From NCBI RefSeq assembly GCF_009914755.1, contig NC_060947.1: a DNA stretch of 64,000 nucleotides; one strand, 5' to 3'. The notes below the pieces were generated by a model. The model did no database searches, was not told the origin of the DNA, and worked only from the letters and a program-made list of their open reading frames with translations. Position numbers and translations under genes: made by a program. The stretch is from the human T2T-CHM13v2.0 reference genome, Homo sapiens. This document shows positions 20,941 through 37,799 of this stretch, piece by piece (the first letter of the stretch is position 1; every line of letters begins with the position of its first letter).

Positions 20941-21929
20941 TTAGTTTTAGTGTCAGTATCAATATTACAATATTGGTATTACTCTTAGTGTCAGCATATT
21001 ATTAGCATTAGTACTATAAGTAGTAGTAGGGTTAGAAAGGGCTATGTACTCTCCCTTGTATGCAGTAGGTACTCAATAAATAAATAGGGGTACTTAATAT
21101 TTATTGAGATTTCAGATTCAAGTAAGTTAAGATCATGTAACATGGGTTAAAACTCATTTAGTCTCCCCAGTCACTGCATGGAGTGGCTTATTGGGGTATA
21201 TTATTACCCCATTTTTACAGATGAGGAGCTAAATTCCAGAGGGGATGGTAACTCTCCCAAGGTCACCTGATCCATTAGTGGTTAGGGCAGTCTATGAACG
21301 AGGATGAGCTGGCTCTAGAGACCATCTCCTGAAACCACTGCCACTTAAGTCAGAGGTGTCTTTGTATTCGTTCTCCTTATTACTGATGAGGGTTCAGCAT
21401 GGGGCGTGGCACACCAGCAGGAGCTCAATAAATAGGAATTCATGGGCTTGCTCTCTTTCCTCCTCAAATCTCCCATTGCATATGAGGACACTGAGGCTCA
21501 GAGGAGTGAGATAAGAATGGTAAGATCCCTCCAGGGTGGGCCAGTGGGCAAGCTGACCCCACTGACCTGGGGCTCCACCCTTGGCCTCTGCCCTTTGTAG
21601 GTCTCAGTCTCCCCATCTGTAGACTAGGTGGGCAGGACAGCTCCTTGTCCCACGTGTGCATGTGTGTCAGATGCTTTCATATAGAAAAAGTGCTCAGGTT
21701 AGGTACAAGTCTATGTGAGGTCTATGAGACACTGTGGTTGTTGTCATTAATATTTGGAGGAGGTGGGGCAGGGCAAGAGTGTGGGGACTGGGGTGCGGAG
21801 GCCTAGCCACATTCTGGTTGTCCCCTGCTGAGGGCTGAGGGCAGAGCCACAGGCTACATCAATCCACATCCTCCCATCCTACCTGCATGGGCACCACATG
21901 CCCAGGGTGTGATCCAGTCTGCCTGGACC

Positions 21930-22300
21930 TTCTTCTGAGTCTGTCTCTGAATATCCCTCTGTCTCTGTCTCCCTTCTCAGTTCTCCACTTCTGTCTTTGG
22001 CCTCTTTCCCTTTCAGGTTTTATCTGTCACTTCTGTCCATCTCTGTCTCTCATTCTCTCTTTGCCTCTCTCTATATGTCTTTAATGGTCTCTGGTTCTCC
22101 CCGGGTGTCTCGCCCTCTTTGTCTCTCCTTTTCTTTTGTGCCCTCTCTCTGCCTCTTTCCACGTCTGTCTCCTTCTCTATTCATCTCTGTCACTCTCTTT
22201 CTCCCCATTTCCATCTCTCTCCGCCTATCTCTGTTTTTGTTTGTCTCTCTGCCTCTGTCTCTCCCACTCCACCCCTTTCCTTTCCTACCCTATCCCACTC
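21930..22300 (+). repeat. CT-rich low-complexity tract
   Basis: Degenerate TCTCTG repeats. Confidence 0.7.
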
Positions 22301-22454
22301 CTCGAGGAATCATCCCTGGCTCCCACCTCAGTTTCCCGCCTCCAAGGCAGCATGGCGGGCAAGAAGTTGAGGCCACTGTCCCTGGGTGTTCCTACCCCCA
22401 CACCCTCACCCCAAGACAGCCTGTTACTGCGGCGCCAACAGCCACGGTCGCCTA

Positions 22455-22473
22455 CATCTGATAAGACTTATCT
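22455..22473. promoter_or_regulatory. GATA1: Palindromic double-GATA (dbGATA) element of the GATA1 erythroid promoter
   Basis: CATCTGATAAGACTTATCT about 600 bp upstream of exon 1. This matches the known GATA1 autoregulatory element. Confidence 0.88.
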
Positions 22474-22939
22474 GCTGCCCCAGGGCAGGCCGGAGCTGGC
22501 GTAAGCCCCAGTGGGGCGCTAAGTGAGTGTGCCCCTGCCTCCCGCCAGCACTGGCCTGGCCTGCAGGCTTAGCCTGGGTCATCAAGGTATCCCACAGGCT
22601 CTAGTTCAAATCCAGCAGAACCTCTCTGAGCCTCACTCTTCTCACCTGCAAAATGGGTACAGCCACATCCCTTCTCTCCCTGCAGCCAGGAAGACGCACA
22701 TACACAGGAGTCTAGCCCACACCGGCCCCGCACAAATTAAGGGCTTTACTCTCTGAAAAGCCCAGTGAAGTCATGAAACCATATCTGCTATTTTCATTTA
22801 TCTTGGTTTCAGCCTATTTTGCTTGTCTGGACACTACAGTCCACGGGAGCCTAGGTCGAGCGAGGTCCAAGAATCCCCAGGGTGGGCAGGGAGGGTGGAA
22901 GAGGGCCTCCAGTGCCCAAGAGGTGCCCCACAAGCATGG

Positions 22940-23066
22940 GACCCGCCCCCTCCCCTGGACTGCCCCACCCACTGGGGCACCAGCCACTCCCTGGGGAGGA
23001 GGGAGGAGGGAGAAGGGAGGGAGGGAGGGAGGGAGGAAGGGAGCCTCAAAGGCCAAGGCCAGCCAG
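22940..23066 (+). promoter_or_regulatory. GATA1: GATA1 proximal TATA-less promoter with GC/CACCC boxes
   Basis: CCCGCCCCC at 22942, CCCCACCC at 22963-22970 and GGGA repeats at 22993-23041, directly before exon 1. Confidence 0.65.
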
Positions 23067-23138
23067 GACACCCCCTGGGATCACACTGAGCTTGCCACAT
23101 CCCCAAGGCGGCCGAACCCTCCGCAACCACCAGCCCAG
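23067..23138 (+). other. GATA1: GATA1 non-coding exon 1 (erythroid IE exon)
   Basis: Matches the recalled GATA1 mRNA 5'UTR (GACACCCCCTGGGATC...CAGCCCAG), which splices to GTTAATCCCC at 27584. Donor CAG|GTCAGT. The start position is approximate. Confidence 0.8.
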
Positions 23139-24456
23139 GTCAGTCTCAGCCCCCAGAGAGCCCCCACCAAGGCAACCCTGGGCCTGCTGCCCCTACCCTT
23201 ATGCTTGCTCCAGGCTCCCCAACCCACAGCTGGTCCCCAAAGTGTCAGCCAGCCCTGAATCCCTTTACAGCTCCTCCAACCCACCTGTCTTTCCAACTCC
23301 CATTTCTACCCCAAATCTACCCCCTAAACCCCACCTCTTTCTGCCCTCTCATCCACTCCGTCCAAGATATCTATATCCTCTGGATCCCTTCACTTTGCTC
23401 GCTATACCCCTAGGTCTGTCTCCCCTAAACACTAACTCTGTCTCCCAAAACATGACTTTATCTCCCCAAATCCTTTCCCTGTCCCATATCTGATTTCCAC
23501 TCACCCAAACTTGTCTCTGTCTCCCTGACTTCTCCTCCAAACCTCACTTTTCTGCTCCCAAACCCCTTATCTGCTCTACAACGCCTTGTCTTTGCCCCAC
23601 TCTCTCTGAGCCCCCAAACCTGTCTCTGATCTGCCAAACCCTAGCTCCATCCTCTTACCACCATCTCTGCCTTTCAAACCCACTCTTTGTTCCCAATGAC
23701 TTCTCTCTGATCTCCGCAAACCATTTATCTCTCCCAACTCCCTGCCTGCTCAGTAAAATATCTTTGTCACTTCAAACACCAAGTCAACTCCCCAAAATCT
23801 GTTCTGCCGCATGAACCCTCATGTCTGCCTTCCCCAAACCGTATCTCAGCCCTAAAACACATCTCATTGTCTCCCTGAATCTCTCCAGCTCCAAGCCTTT
23901 CTCTACTCCAATTCTATCTTGGCTTCTCAAACTCCCCTTTACTAGCCACATTCTGTCTGCCCAAACAGATCTTTGACTCCTAAACTCCATCTCTCCTCCA
24001 GAAAAACCCTTGAACTCCCCAGACTTTTCTATGACCCTCAGAATCTGACTCCCACACTACTTCTCAACTTTATTTCTGACTCTCAAACTTCGCCCCGATC
24101 CCCCAACCTCGTCTGTTTTCACAACCTATTCCTGAGCCCAAAATGTGTCTCTGAACTTCCAAGCTCGTCTCTGCTCCACAACCCCGCCCATATCTGCCTC
24201 CCCACAAACTCCATGGCTACACCCCAAACCTCTCTGACTTAACCCCATATCTGACCTTCAAATTCCACCTCTATCTCCCCCTAAGCCCCATATCTGCCCC
24301 CTAGACCTTATATCTGCTCCCTTCAGCCCGGTGAGACCCTCCCTTGAGGGCTGGGATTGGAACGTTACCTGGGGTGAGGGGCTGGGGCCGAGGGAGAGTG
24401 GAGGGTGCCAGCTGCTGCCTGCTGCCGCCGTTGGGGCAACACTTACTCTAGTGGGG

Positions 24457-24524
24457 CAGCTGATAAGGAGCTTTCATATCCCCCAGCCTCGAGATAAACT
24501 TTATCTCTGTCCGGAGAGTGATAA
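24457..24524. promoter_or_regulatory. GATA1 intron 1 GATA-site cluster
   Basis: CAGCTGATAA at 24457-24466, palindrome GAGATAAA-C-TTTATCTC at 24491-24507, TGATAA at 24519-24524. Confidence 0.6.
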
Positions 24525-25501
24525 CTGGGGGTGAGGAGGCTGGGCCCCTGCCATGGGAGGGGTGGGCAGCCCTGGACTCACCAACGTGTGAGGTGCAGGG
24601 GTTGGGGGCAGTGGGGCTGGAGGGAGATCATGGTGGGTAAGGTGGAGTTGAGGGGATGAGGGAATAGTGGTGAAAGAGTGAGCAGAAGACACACAATGAG
24701 ACAGGGAAGAGAGGGAGAAACAGGGAGAGATGGGAAGAGAGAGACAGAGACACAGAGACAAAGAGCAAGAGACAAAAGAGACATGAAGAGAAAGGAAAAA
24801 CAGAGAGAGAGAAACTCAACGAGTAAGAGACAGAGACAGACAGATGGCCGGAGAAAAAGAAGGAAAGACCCGGGAGCAGAAAAGGAGATAGAAATGCAGA
24901 GATACACGCAGGTAGCACTGTGAAGAGGCAGAGACTAACACAGAATTAGAGACAGAGAGGAAAGAGATGGAGACCAAGATGGGGAAGCAAAACACTCTCT
25001 TCAGAGAGCAACAGCAGGCACCCTGGGGCTGAGAAGGTGTTGGCGGTGGGCACACTTGTGGCCCATCTCTTTCCTAGCATAACTCCCAAGCCTGGGCCTG
25101 CCCCTTAGCCTGTCTATACCATGGGTCATGTAAGCAGGAGTGAGGGGCAGTTTGAAGACAGCCTTCTAGTCTAGCCCTGTCACTCCACCCTACAGACACA
25201 GAAACAGAGCAGGCCAGCACAATAGGGCCAGGGCCAGCATTCCAGGCTCCTTATCCTGAGCTGCATGTGGCTGGGTACGGTCAGGGGTATGGGACTAGTA
25301 AGAGGCACGTGGACATAAGGTCAGAGGGCCCAAAGAGAGGGAAACAGAGGGAACAGACAAACAAGCAGGAAGAGTGGGAGAGATGCAGAGATGTTCAGAG
25401 AGATAGGAGAGGAGAGGGAGAAAGCAAGAGTAACAGAAAGAGAGAGCCAGAGAGAGAAACATGGGAAGACAGAAAAGAAGACAGAAAATCATCAAACATT
25501 A

Positions 25502-26950
<1,449 letters not shown>

Positions 26951-26959
26951 TGTGTGTGG

Positions 26960-30657
<3,698 letters not shown>

Positions 30658-30780
30658 GGGCACAGAGCATGGCCTCCAGAGGAGGGGTGGTGTCCTTCTC
30701 CTCTTGTAGCCAGAATTCTGGACAACCCAAGTCTCTGGGCCCCAGGCACCCCCTGGCTTGAACCTTCAAAGCTTTTGTAA

Positions 30781-30786
30781 AATAAA
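30781..30786 (+). terminator. GATA1: GATA1 polyadenylation signal
   Basis: AATAAA about 125 nt after the stop, followed by GT-rich downstream sequence. Confidence 0.85.
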
Positions 30787-33307
30787 ACCACCAAAGTCCT
30801 GAAATTGTGGGTGTGTCTATGTGTGGCTGAACAGCAGAGCTGAGTGGAGTGTGTAACAATGCCTGTGGCTCTCTGATGACAGTGCATGGCTGCAATGTGT
30901 GACCATGTGAGGCTGGCTGAGGCGGCACATGTGACACTTTGTGACCAAGGGTTATGTTGTGTGATTGGAACAATCTATGTGAAACTTCTTGTGAAGTGTC
31001 CAGGTGGTTCCATATGTCATGGTAAGAGGCCACGCAGGGCTTGCTGACGGTGGGGGTGGTGCCGGGTGACTATAAGCACACTGGAAGTGTGTGTGCTGGA
31101 GCAGGTGATAAGGAGGTGTGCGGGGCTGTGGTCTTGTGGCTGGGCATGACGCTGGGGGACCTTTGAGACGGCATGACGCTGGGGGACCTTTTAGACAGCA
31201 TGACAGCATACGTGGTGGGCACAGAATCTGGTAAAGATTCTTGGAATGTTGAACAAGAAGTGTGTGTCAGGATGTGTTTGTGGGTCTGGCGATGGCAATA
31301 TTTCAGTGCAAGTCCCTGTGCATGGGCATGGGTGTGCGTGTGTGTGCATTACGTGTGGCATGTGCCATGTCACAGTGTCTCTGAGTGGCTGACAACATGA
31401 GCAGCTCTGTGTACATTTGTTTGTGGAGGTCTCAACAGCAGAGTTTCAGAGGGTATAAGTTAGGGACTCTCTTCCAAGGGACAAAAGACACATTCAGGAA
31501 AGGAACACGGAGAAGGGTGGAGCTGGAATGGTAGCTGGCAAGGTCAGAGGCCAGTGCTGGGGCGCAGGGTTGTCCGTGGGTCTTCCTGTCGGACTGGTCT
31601 TATCTTGCTCAGCCCAGCTCAGCCTGCAGCCCTGTGGGAAATGGTAGAGAATGAGAGGGGGAGATTAGGGGGACAAAGCAGCCCCTGGAGGTGGTTTCAA
31701 CCTCAGTAGGTGGGGCGCTCCACACAGTGCCAACCCCTTCCCCAACATTCCCACTCACCTGGGTGAACTGCTCCCCCCACAGCGGAGTCTGTTCCTCAAT
31801 TTCACAAACACACAGGAGCATAATCTGAGTCATGCCTTAAGCATCCTAAGGCAGACTGCTTAAGTGGCTCAATGGAGGCCACACAGCCAGTGGCAAGGGG
31901 CCCAGCGGGGCAGTCTGGCCTGGTGTCCATGTGCTCAGCCACACCCCACAGCCAGCAGCACCCTTTCCTAAGGGCTCACTGTGGGTCAGGCGGCAGGCTG
32001 GGAGGCTCCAGTTGCTTTAGTTCATTAGTGCCTGAAATAAATATTCTGAGGAAAATATACCCATACTCATTTCACTAATGGAAGAGTGAGGCCCAGAACT
32101 GATGAGTAACTTACCCTGACCACCAAGTTTAAGGAGTGGATTTTGGATGGGGTGACACACCCAGCCCAGCAAATAAGTGCTGCTCACACTTAACCGCTCT
32201 TTATGGCTTCTTCCCTAGAGCCCCGGATATGGGGGTTGCAGGGACCCACAGGTCCTGACCATATTATAGGTAAGCAGCTGTCCTCCACAGAACACCAGCC
32301 CATCAGCTAGCGGGCATTCCAGCTCCACTAAGTAGCCTGCTGCAGAATCACAGGAGTCTATTATGCTCACTGTGGGCATTGTCCACAACAGCCCTGATCC
32401 CATAAAAGACACGTGTCTGGCCTCCCCTCAGAAGCCCAGCCCTCACACCCTGCAGGAGGCCCCATCCTCTAAAAACCCCCTTCAGAACCTGTGCTGGACA
32501 CATGCCTGGCCCCACCTTGTTCAGGAGCCCCGGGCCTCACCCCCATAAGTATAGCTCCCCCAGCCTGGTACAGAAGACTAGCTCTGAAGCTCTAGGGGAG
32601 CCCTTCATCTAATTATCGACAGGAAACCCATCCTGATCCTGTACAGGAATGCCAGCGCTTACCCTGAATAGGAGGAACCTCTGCCTAACCCCAGCTAGGG
32701 ACATCTGGACTAAGCTGTAAGGAAGCCCCTGCACACCCTGGACAGGAACCCTTGTCCTGACCATCCACACAAGCCTCAGTCTCCCTATACGAATCCTGTC
32801 TTGACCTCAGACAGGAACACCTTTGTACTCACACTGCTGCAGTCCTGTCCTCCAGGTAGCATTTTAAAAACACCTCACTCACAATAATCTGAGTAGTAAA
32901 CCATGGACCCAGCTCTGTCTTTACAGAAATCCCTGTCCTCAACCTCTTCAAGGACCCTGACTGTGTGTGGAACCTCTTGCCTTCATTGTTGACAATGATC
33001 CCTGATGTTGCCCTGCACAACAATCCATGACCTCACACCCTATCCCATAGAGTCCACAGGAACCCATGATCCAACTCTCAACATGAACCTCAGTCTTTAA
33101 CTTGTATAGAAAACCACTTCCTGACCTTATGGCAGGAATGCCTGTCTTGACCATTTACTTTAAGCCCTGACCTCAGCCTATACAGGCACCTATGGCCTCA
33201 CCTGATACAGGACCCCCCCTTCTCACTATATAGGTCGCATTTATTGATGCTGCACGAGGCTCCTGGGCCTTACCTTGTATTAGCTCCACTACCCTGACCC
33301 TCTACAG

Positions 33308-33644
33308 CAGGGGTTCCCAACCCCCAGGACACGGACTGGTACTGGTCCATGGCCTATTAGGAATTGGTCCACACAGCAGGAGGTGGGCAGCAGGCAAGCA
33401 AGCATTACCACCTAAGCTCCGCCTCCTGTCAGATCAGCAGTGGCATTAGATTCTCATAGGAGCACGAACCTTATTGTGAACTGTGCATGCAAGGAATCTA
33501 GGTTGCGTGCTCCTTATGAGAATCTAACTACTCCCTGATGAGCTGAGGTGGAACAGTTTCATCCCCAAACCATCCCCCACCATCCGTGGAAAGACTGTCT
33601 TCCACGAAACCGGTCCCTGGTGCCAAAAAGGTTGGGGACCGCTG
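33308..33644 (+). mobile_element. MER1B-like hAT-Charlie MITE
   Basis: 337 bp, termini CAGGGGTTCCCAAC...GTTGGGGACCGCTG, perfect 8-bp TSD CTCTACAG (33300-33307 and 33645-33652). Clearly homologous to the copy at 16009. Confidence 0.9.
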
Positions 33645-34598
33645 CTCTACAGGAAGCCTGACCCTAAAACTGTTCCAGGACTTCTGACTGGTCTCTGCAG
33701 AAAGCCTTTGTCCTGAACCTCAACAGAAATCCTTTACTTTTACAGTAATTTATTTACAGGAATCTCTGTAATTTACAGGAATCTCTGATCTTTATAGGAA
33801 CTCCTAGCTTTACTCTCTGGAAATACACTGCTTACCCTGAACAGGAAGCTTAATGTGATTCTCTATAACAGCCTTTTCCCTGGCCTTGTCCCAGAAGCCC
33901 CACCTGCACCCTGTACAGGAACCACTGCCCTGACCCAACAAAGAAACACCGACCTGAATCTCTGAAGGGGCAGTGTCCTAACTACACAGAGGATCTTTGT
34001 CCTGAACCCGCACAGGAACCTCTATTACCCCCAGCAGGAACCTGTGCCCTGAGCTAGCACAGAAAATCCTGCCCTTACACTCAACAGGAACCTTTGATTT
34101 GCCTCTTTAGAGTAATCCAAAGAATGAACCAGTATAAAAAACCTCTACACTGTACAAGAACCTCTGTTCTGTACTTGTTAAACAACCCATAATCAGAATC
34201 ACCATGAATACCTGCCTGGAGACTGTACAGGAACCCCTGACCTAACCCCCAATGGAATCACCTGATCTGTCTGTCTCTAGTAACACAGCTCTGATCCTGG
34301 ACAGAAATACCTGGCCTGAGTACGCTGTGATCCTCTGGCCTGGCCGTCTACAGAAAACCACTCTCCTGGCCTCAAAAGGAACACCTAACCTTAATCTGTA
34401 TGGGAAAAAATGCCTTCACAGTTTTCCCTCTCACTTTACAATGTCTCCAACCTTTGTATTTCCCTGCAAACCTGCCTTACCAGGTAACAGAATCATTCTC
34501 CTGACCCCAGACAGGAAACACTAACCTGACCCAGAGATGCTCCTACCCCTACACAGTAAGAGTCCCTGTCTCAATGCTTTAAAGAGAAATTTCTATAG

Positions 34599-34910
34599 CA
34601 GTGCTGTCCAATAGAAATATGTGAGTCACACGGGTAATTTTATATTTTCAATGTAGCCACATTAAAAAGAGAAAAAAAAGATAAAATTATTTTCAATAAC
34701 ATCAATATACTTAACTTTACCCAATATATTCAAATATTATTTTAACATGTAATCAATATAAAAATTACTGAGCTATTTTAAACTTTTTATACTGAGTTTT
34801 GTGATCTGGTGTACATTTCACATTTATAGCACATCATCTCAAGTTAGACTGGCCACATTTCAAGAGCAGTAGCCACACGTGGCTGGTAGCTACCATATAG
34901 GACAGCATAG
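34599..34910. mobile_element. MER33-like hAT MITE
   Basis: CAGTGCTGTCCAATAGAAATA...CTACCATATAGGACAGCATAG termini. Confidence 0.75.
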
Positions 34911-34989
34911 GTCTGTGGAGTCTACGGAACCCTATAGCAGACACTGCTATAAGCTCATTGAGACCTGTTCCTGTTCTTCCTGAGCTCAC

Positions 34990-35331
34990 TCTACCTATTC
35001 CAGCCTCCTCTGCAGATAGATGTGGGCACATGACAGAGTTCTGACCAATGGAGTATGGGCAAAAGTGACATATACCAGTTCCAGGCCTGACCCATAAAAA
35101 TCTCTCATGCAATCCTCCATTTCCTCTCTTTCCCTGTCTACCAACTGAAAACCAACTAACTCCAAGGACCTAGAGGAGGACAGAGTCACAAAATAGAGTT
35201 TGCCTGGGTCCATGAATGAACAGTAGTAAATATTCAGATTGGCTTTTGAATGAGCAAGAAATAAACATTTATTCGTTAAGCCCCTGAAATTCTGGGTTAC
35301 AGCAGCTAGGATAATTTAGCCTAATTAATAA
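34990..35331 (+). mobile_element. MLT1 (MaLR) LTR fragment
   Basis: CATGACAGAGTTCTGACCAATG...AAGAAATAAAC...GTTAAGCC motifs. Confidence 0.6.
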
Positions 35332-35354
35332 TAATCTCTCCCCCTCTCTCTCTC

Positions 35355-36423
<1,069 letters not shown>

Positions 36424-36719
36424 CCTTAATCCTTAACTTGCACAGGAACAGGAACCCATAGTCTGGAGCTCTCTAGAAACCCCTGCTTGATTCAGTAAAG
36501 GTACAATATAGAAACCATAGGAATCCCTGTCCTCATTCTGTCCAGGAACATTTGGAATGACCCACCAGAGGTACACTAGAAGTGACCTGACCCTGCCCAT
36601 GAATCCCTGTCCTCACACACCTCACACAAAAGGAATACCTCTCCTTAGGAAAAAAGGCCCCTACCCTCAATCCTGCAAAAGAATACCAGCCAGATAGAGA
36701 CCAAGGCCTGACACTACAG

Positions 36720-36893
36720 CACAGATCGGCAAACTATGGCATTCAAGCCAAAGCCAGACTGTGGGCTGTTTTACATTTTTAAAGGGTTGTTTTTTAAAAA
36801 GAGAAAAAAAGAAAAATGCCACTGAGACCGTATGTGGCCTGCAAAGCCTAAGATGTTTACTCTCTGTCCCTTTATAAAGTTTGCTGACCCCTG
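36720..36893. mobile_element. MER58-like hAT MITE (internally deleted)
   Basis: GATCGGCAAACTATGGC...AAAGTTTGCTGACCCCTG termini. Confidence 0.65.
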
Positions 36894-37203
36894 CTCTTCA
36901 GAAACCTCTCTTCTGATCCAACAGAAAAATGGGCCTTGACCCTTTGCAAGACTCCCTACTCTATCAGGCTGCAGGTATCAGAACTCTAGAATTTTTTTGT
37001 AGTGTGTTATCATTGTATGTGTTTTCTTTGGTGAGTGTAGGGGTTTAAAGGTCTTAGGTCTGCAACTCTTTTGCGCTGAGACAAAAGATAGGTTCACGTA
37101 GGAGGGGTGAGAGGGAAGAGGCGGCAGGACATCTTCAAGAGGATCAGAGGGCAAAGCTACTGGGCGGTGAGACCGTCAATCTGTCAGTCTGATGCAGAAC
37201 CCC

Positions 37204-37300
37204 CGGACTGCTTATCTCTCCGGTCCCAGCTTATAGCCCGGTAGGAAATGGTGGAGAATGAGACAGGGAGATTAGGAGGACAAACCGGCCTCCTGCAGAG
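37204..37300. promoter_or_regulatory. Candidate downstream GATA1 enhancer (about +14 kb, next to the HDAC6 promoter)
   Basis: CTTATCT-N7-CCCAGCT at 37211-37231. The position about 14 kb from GATA1 exon 1 fits the described human HS+14/e-HDAC6 element (inferred from distance). Confidence 0.55.
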
Positions 37301-37799
37301 CTGACATTTAGACATGGAGTGGGAGTTGCGGGGGAGAGGGGGTGCCTAGGGACAGCTCCCCAGACGCACACACACTTTCTATTACTGCTTGGGAGCAGTG
37401 GTTACCCGTTGGAGGGGGCAGATAGGGAGAGCTGCTGCCCATGAGAACTCCCATCCTCAAGGCCATTCTGGCCCTGGGCACTATTATTATCACAACTTTC
37501 CAGATGAGGAAACGGAGCACAGAACTGTTCAGCAACTTGCCCAAAGTCACATGGTTAAGTCCCGTAACCTCAGTTTCCTTATCTGCAAAGCAGCCTTAAT
37601 AATGGGAACTACCTCATAGAATTGTGGTTTACAACGATGCCTGTCACATAATACTTGCTATCATTACCATTCCCTGCCCCCACTAAGACTCCTTCCACTC
37701 AGAATATTGCGGCAGAATATTAATAGCTAATATTCGGCCAGTGTTTCCTGTGTACCACCATAGTGAATATTAACTCGGAAAATCCTCACATTTAGCATC

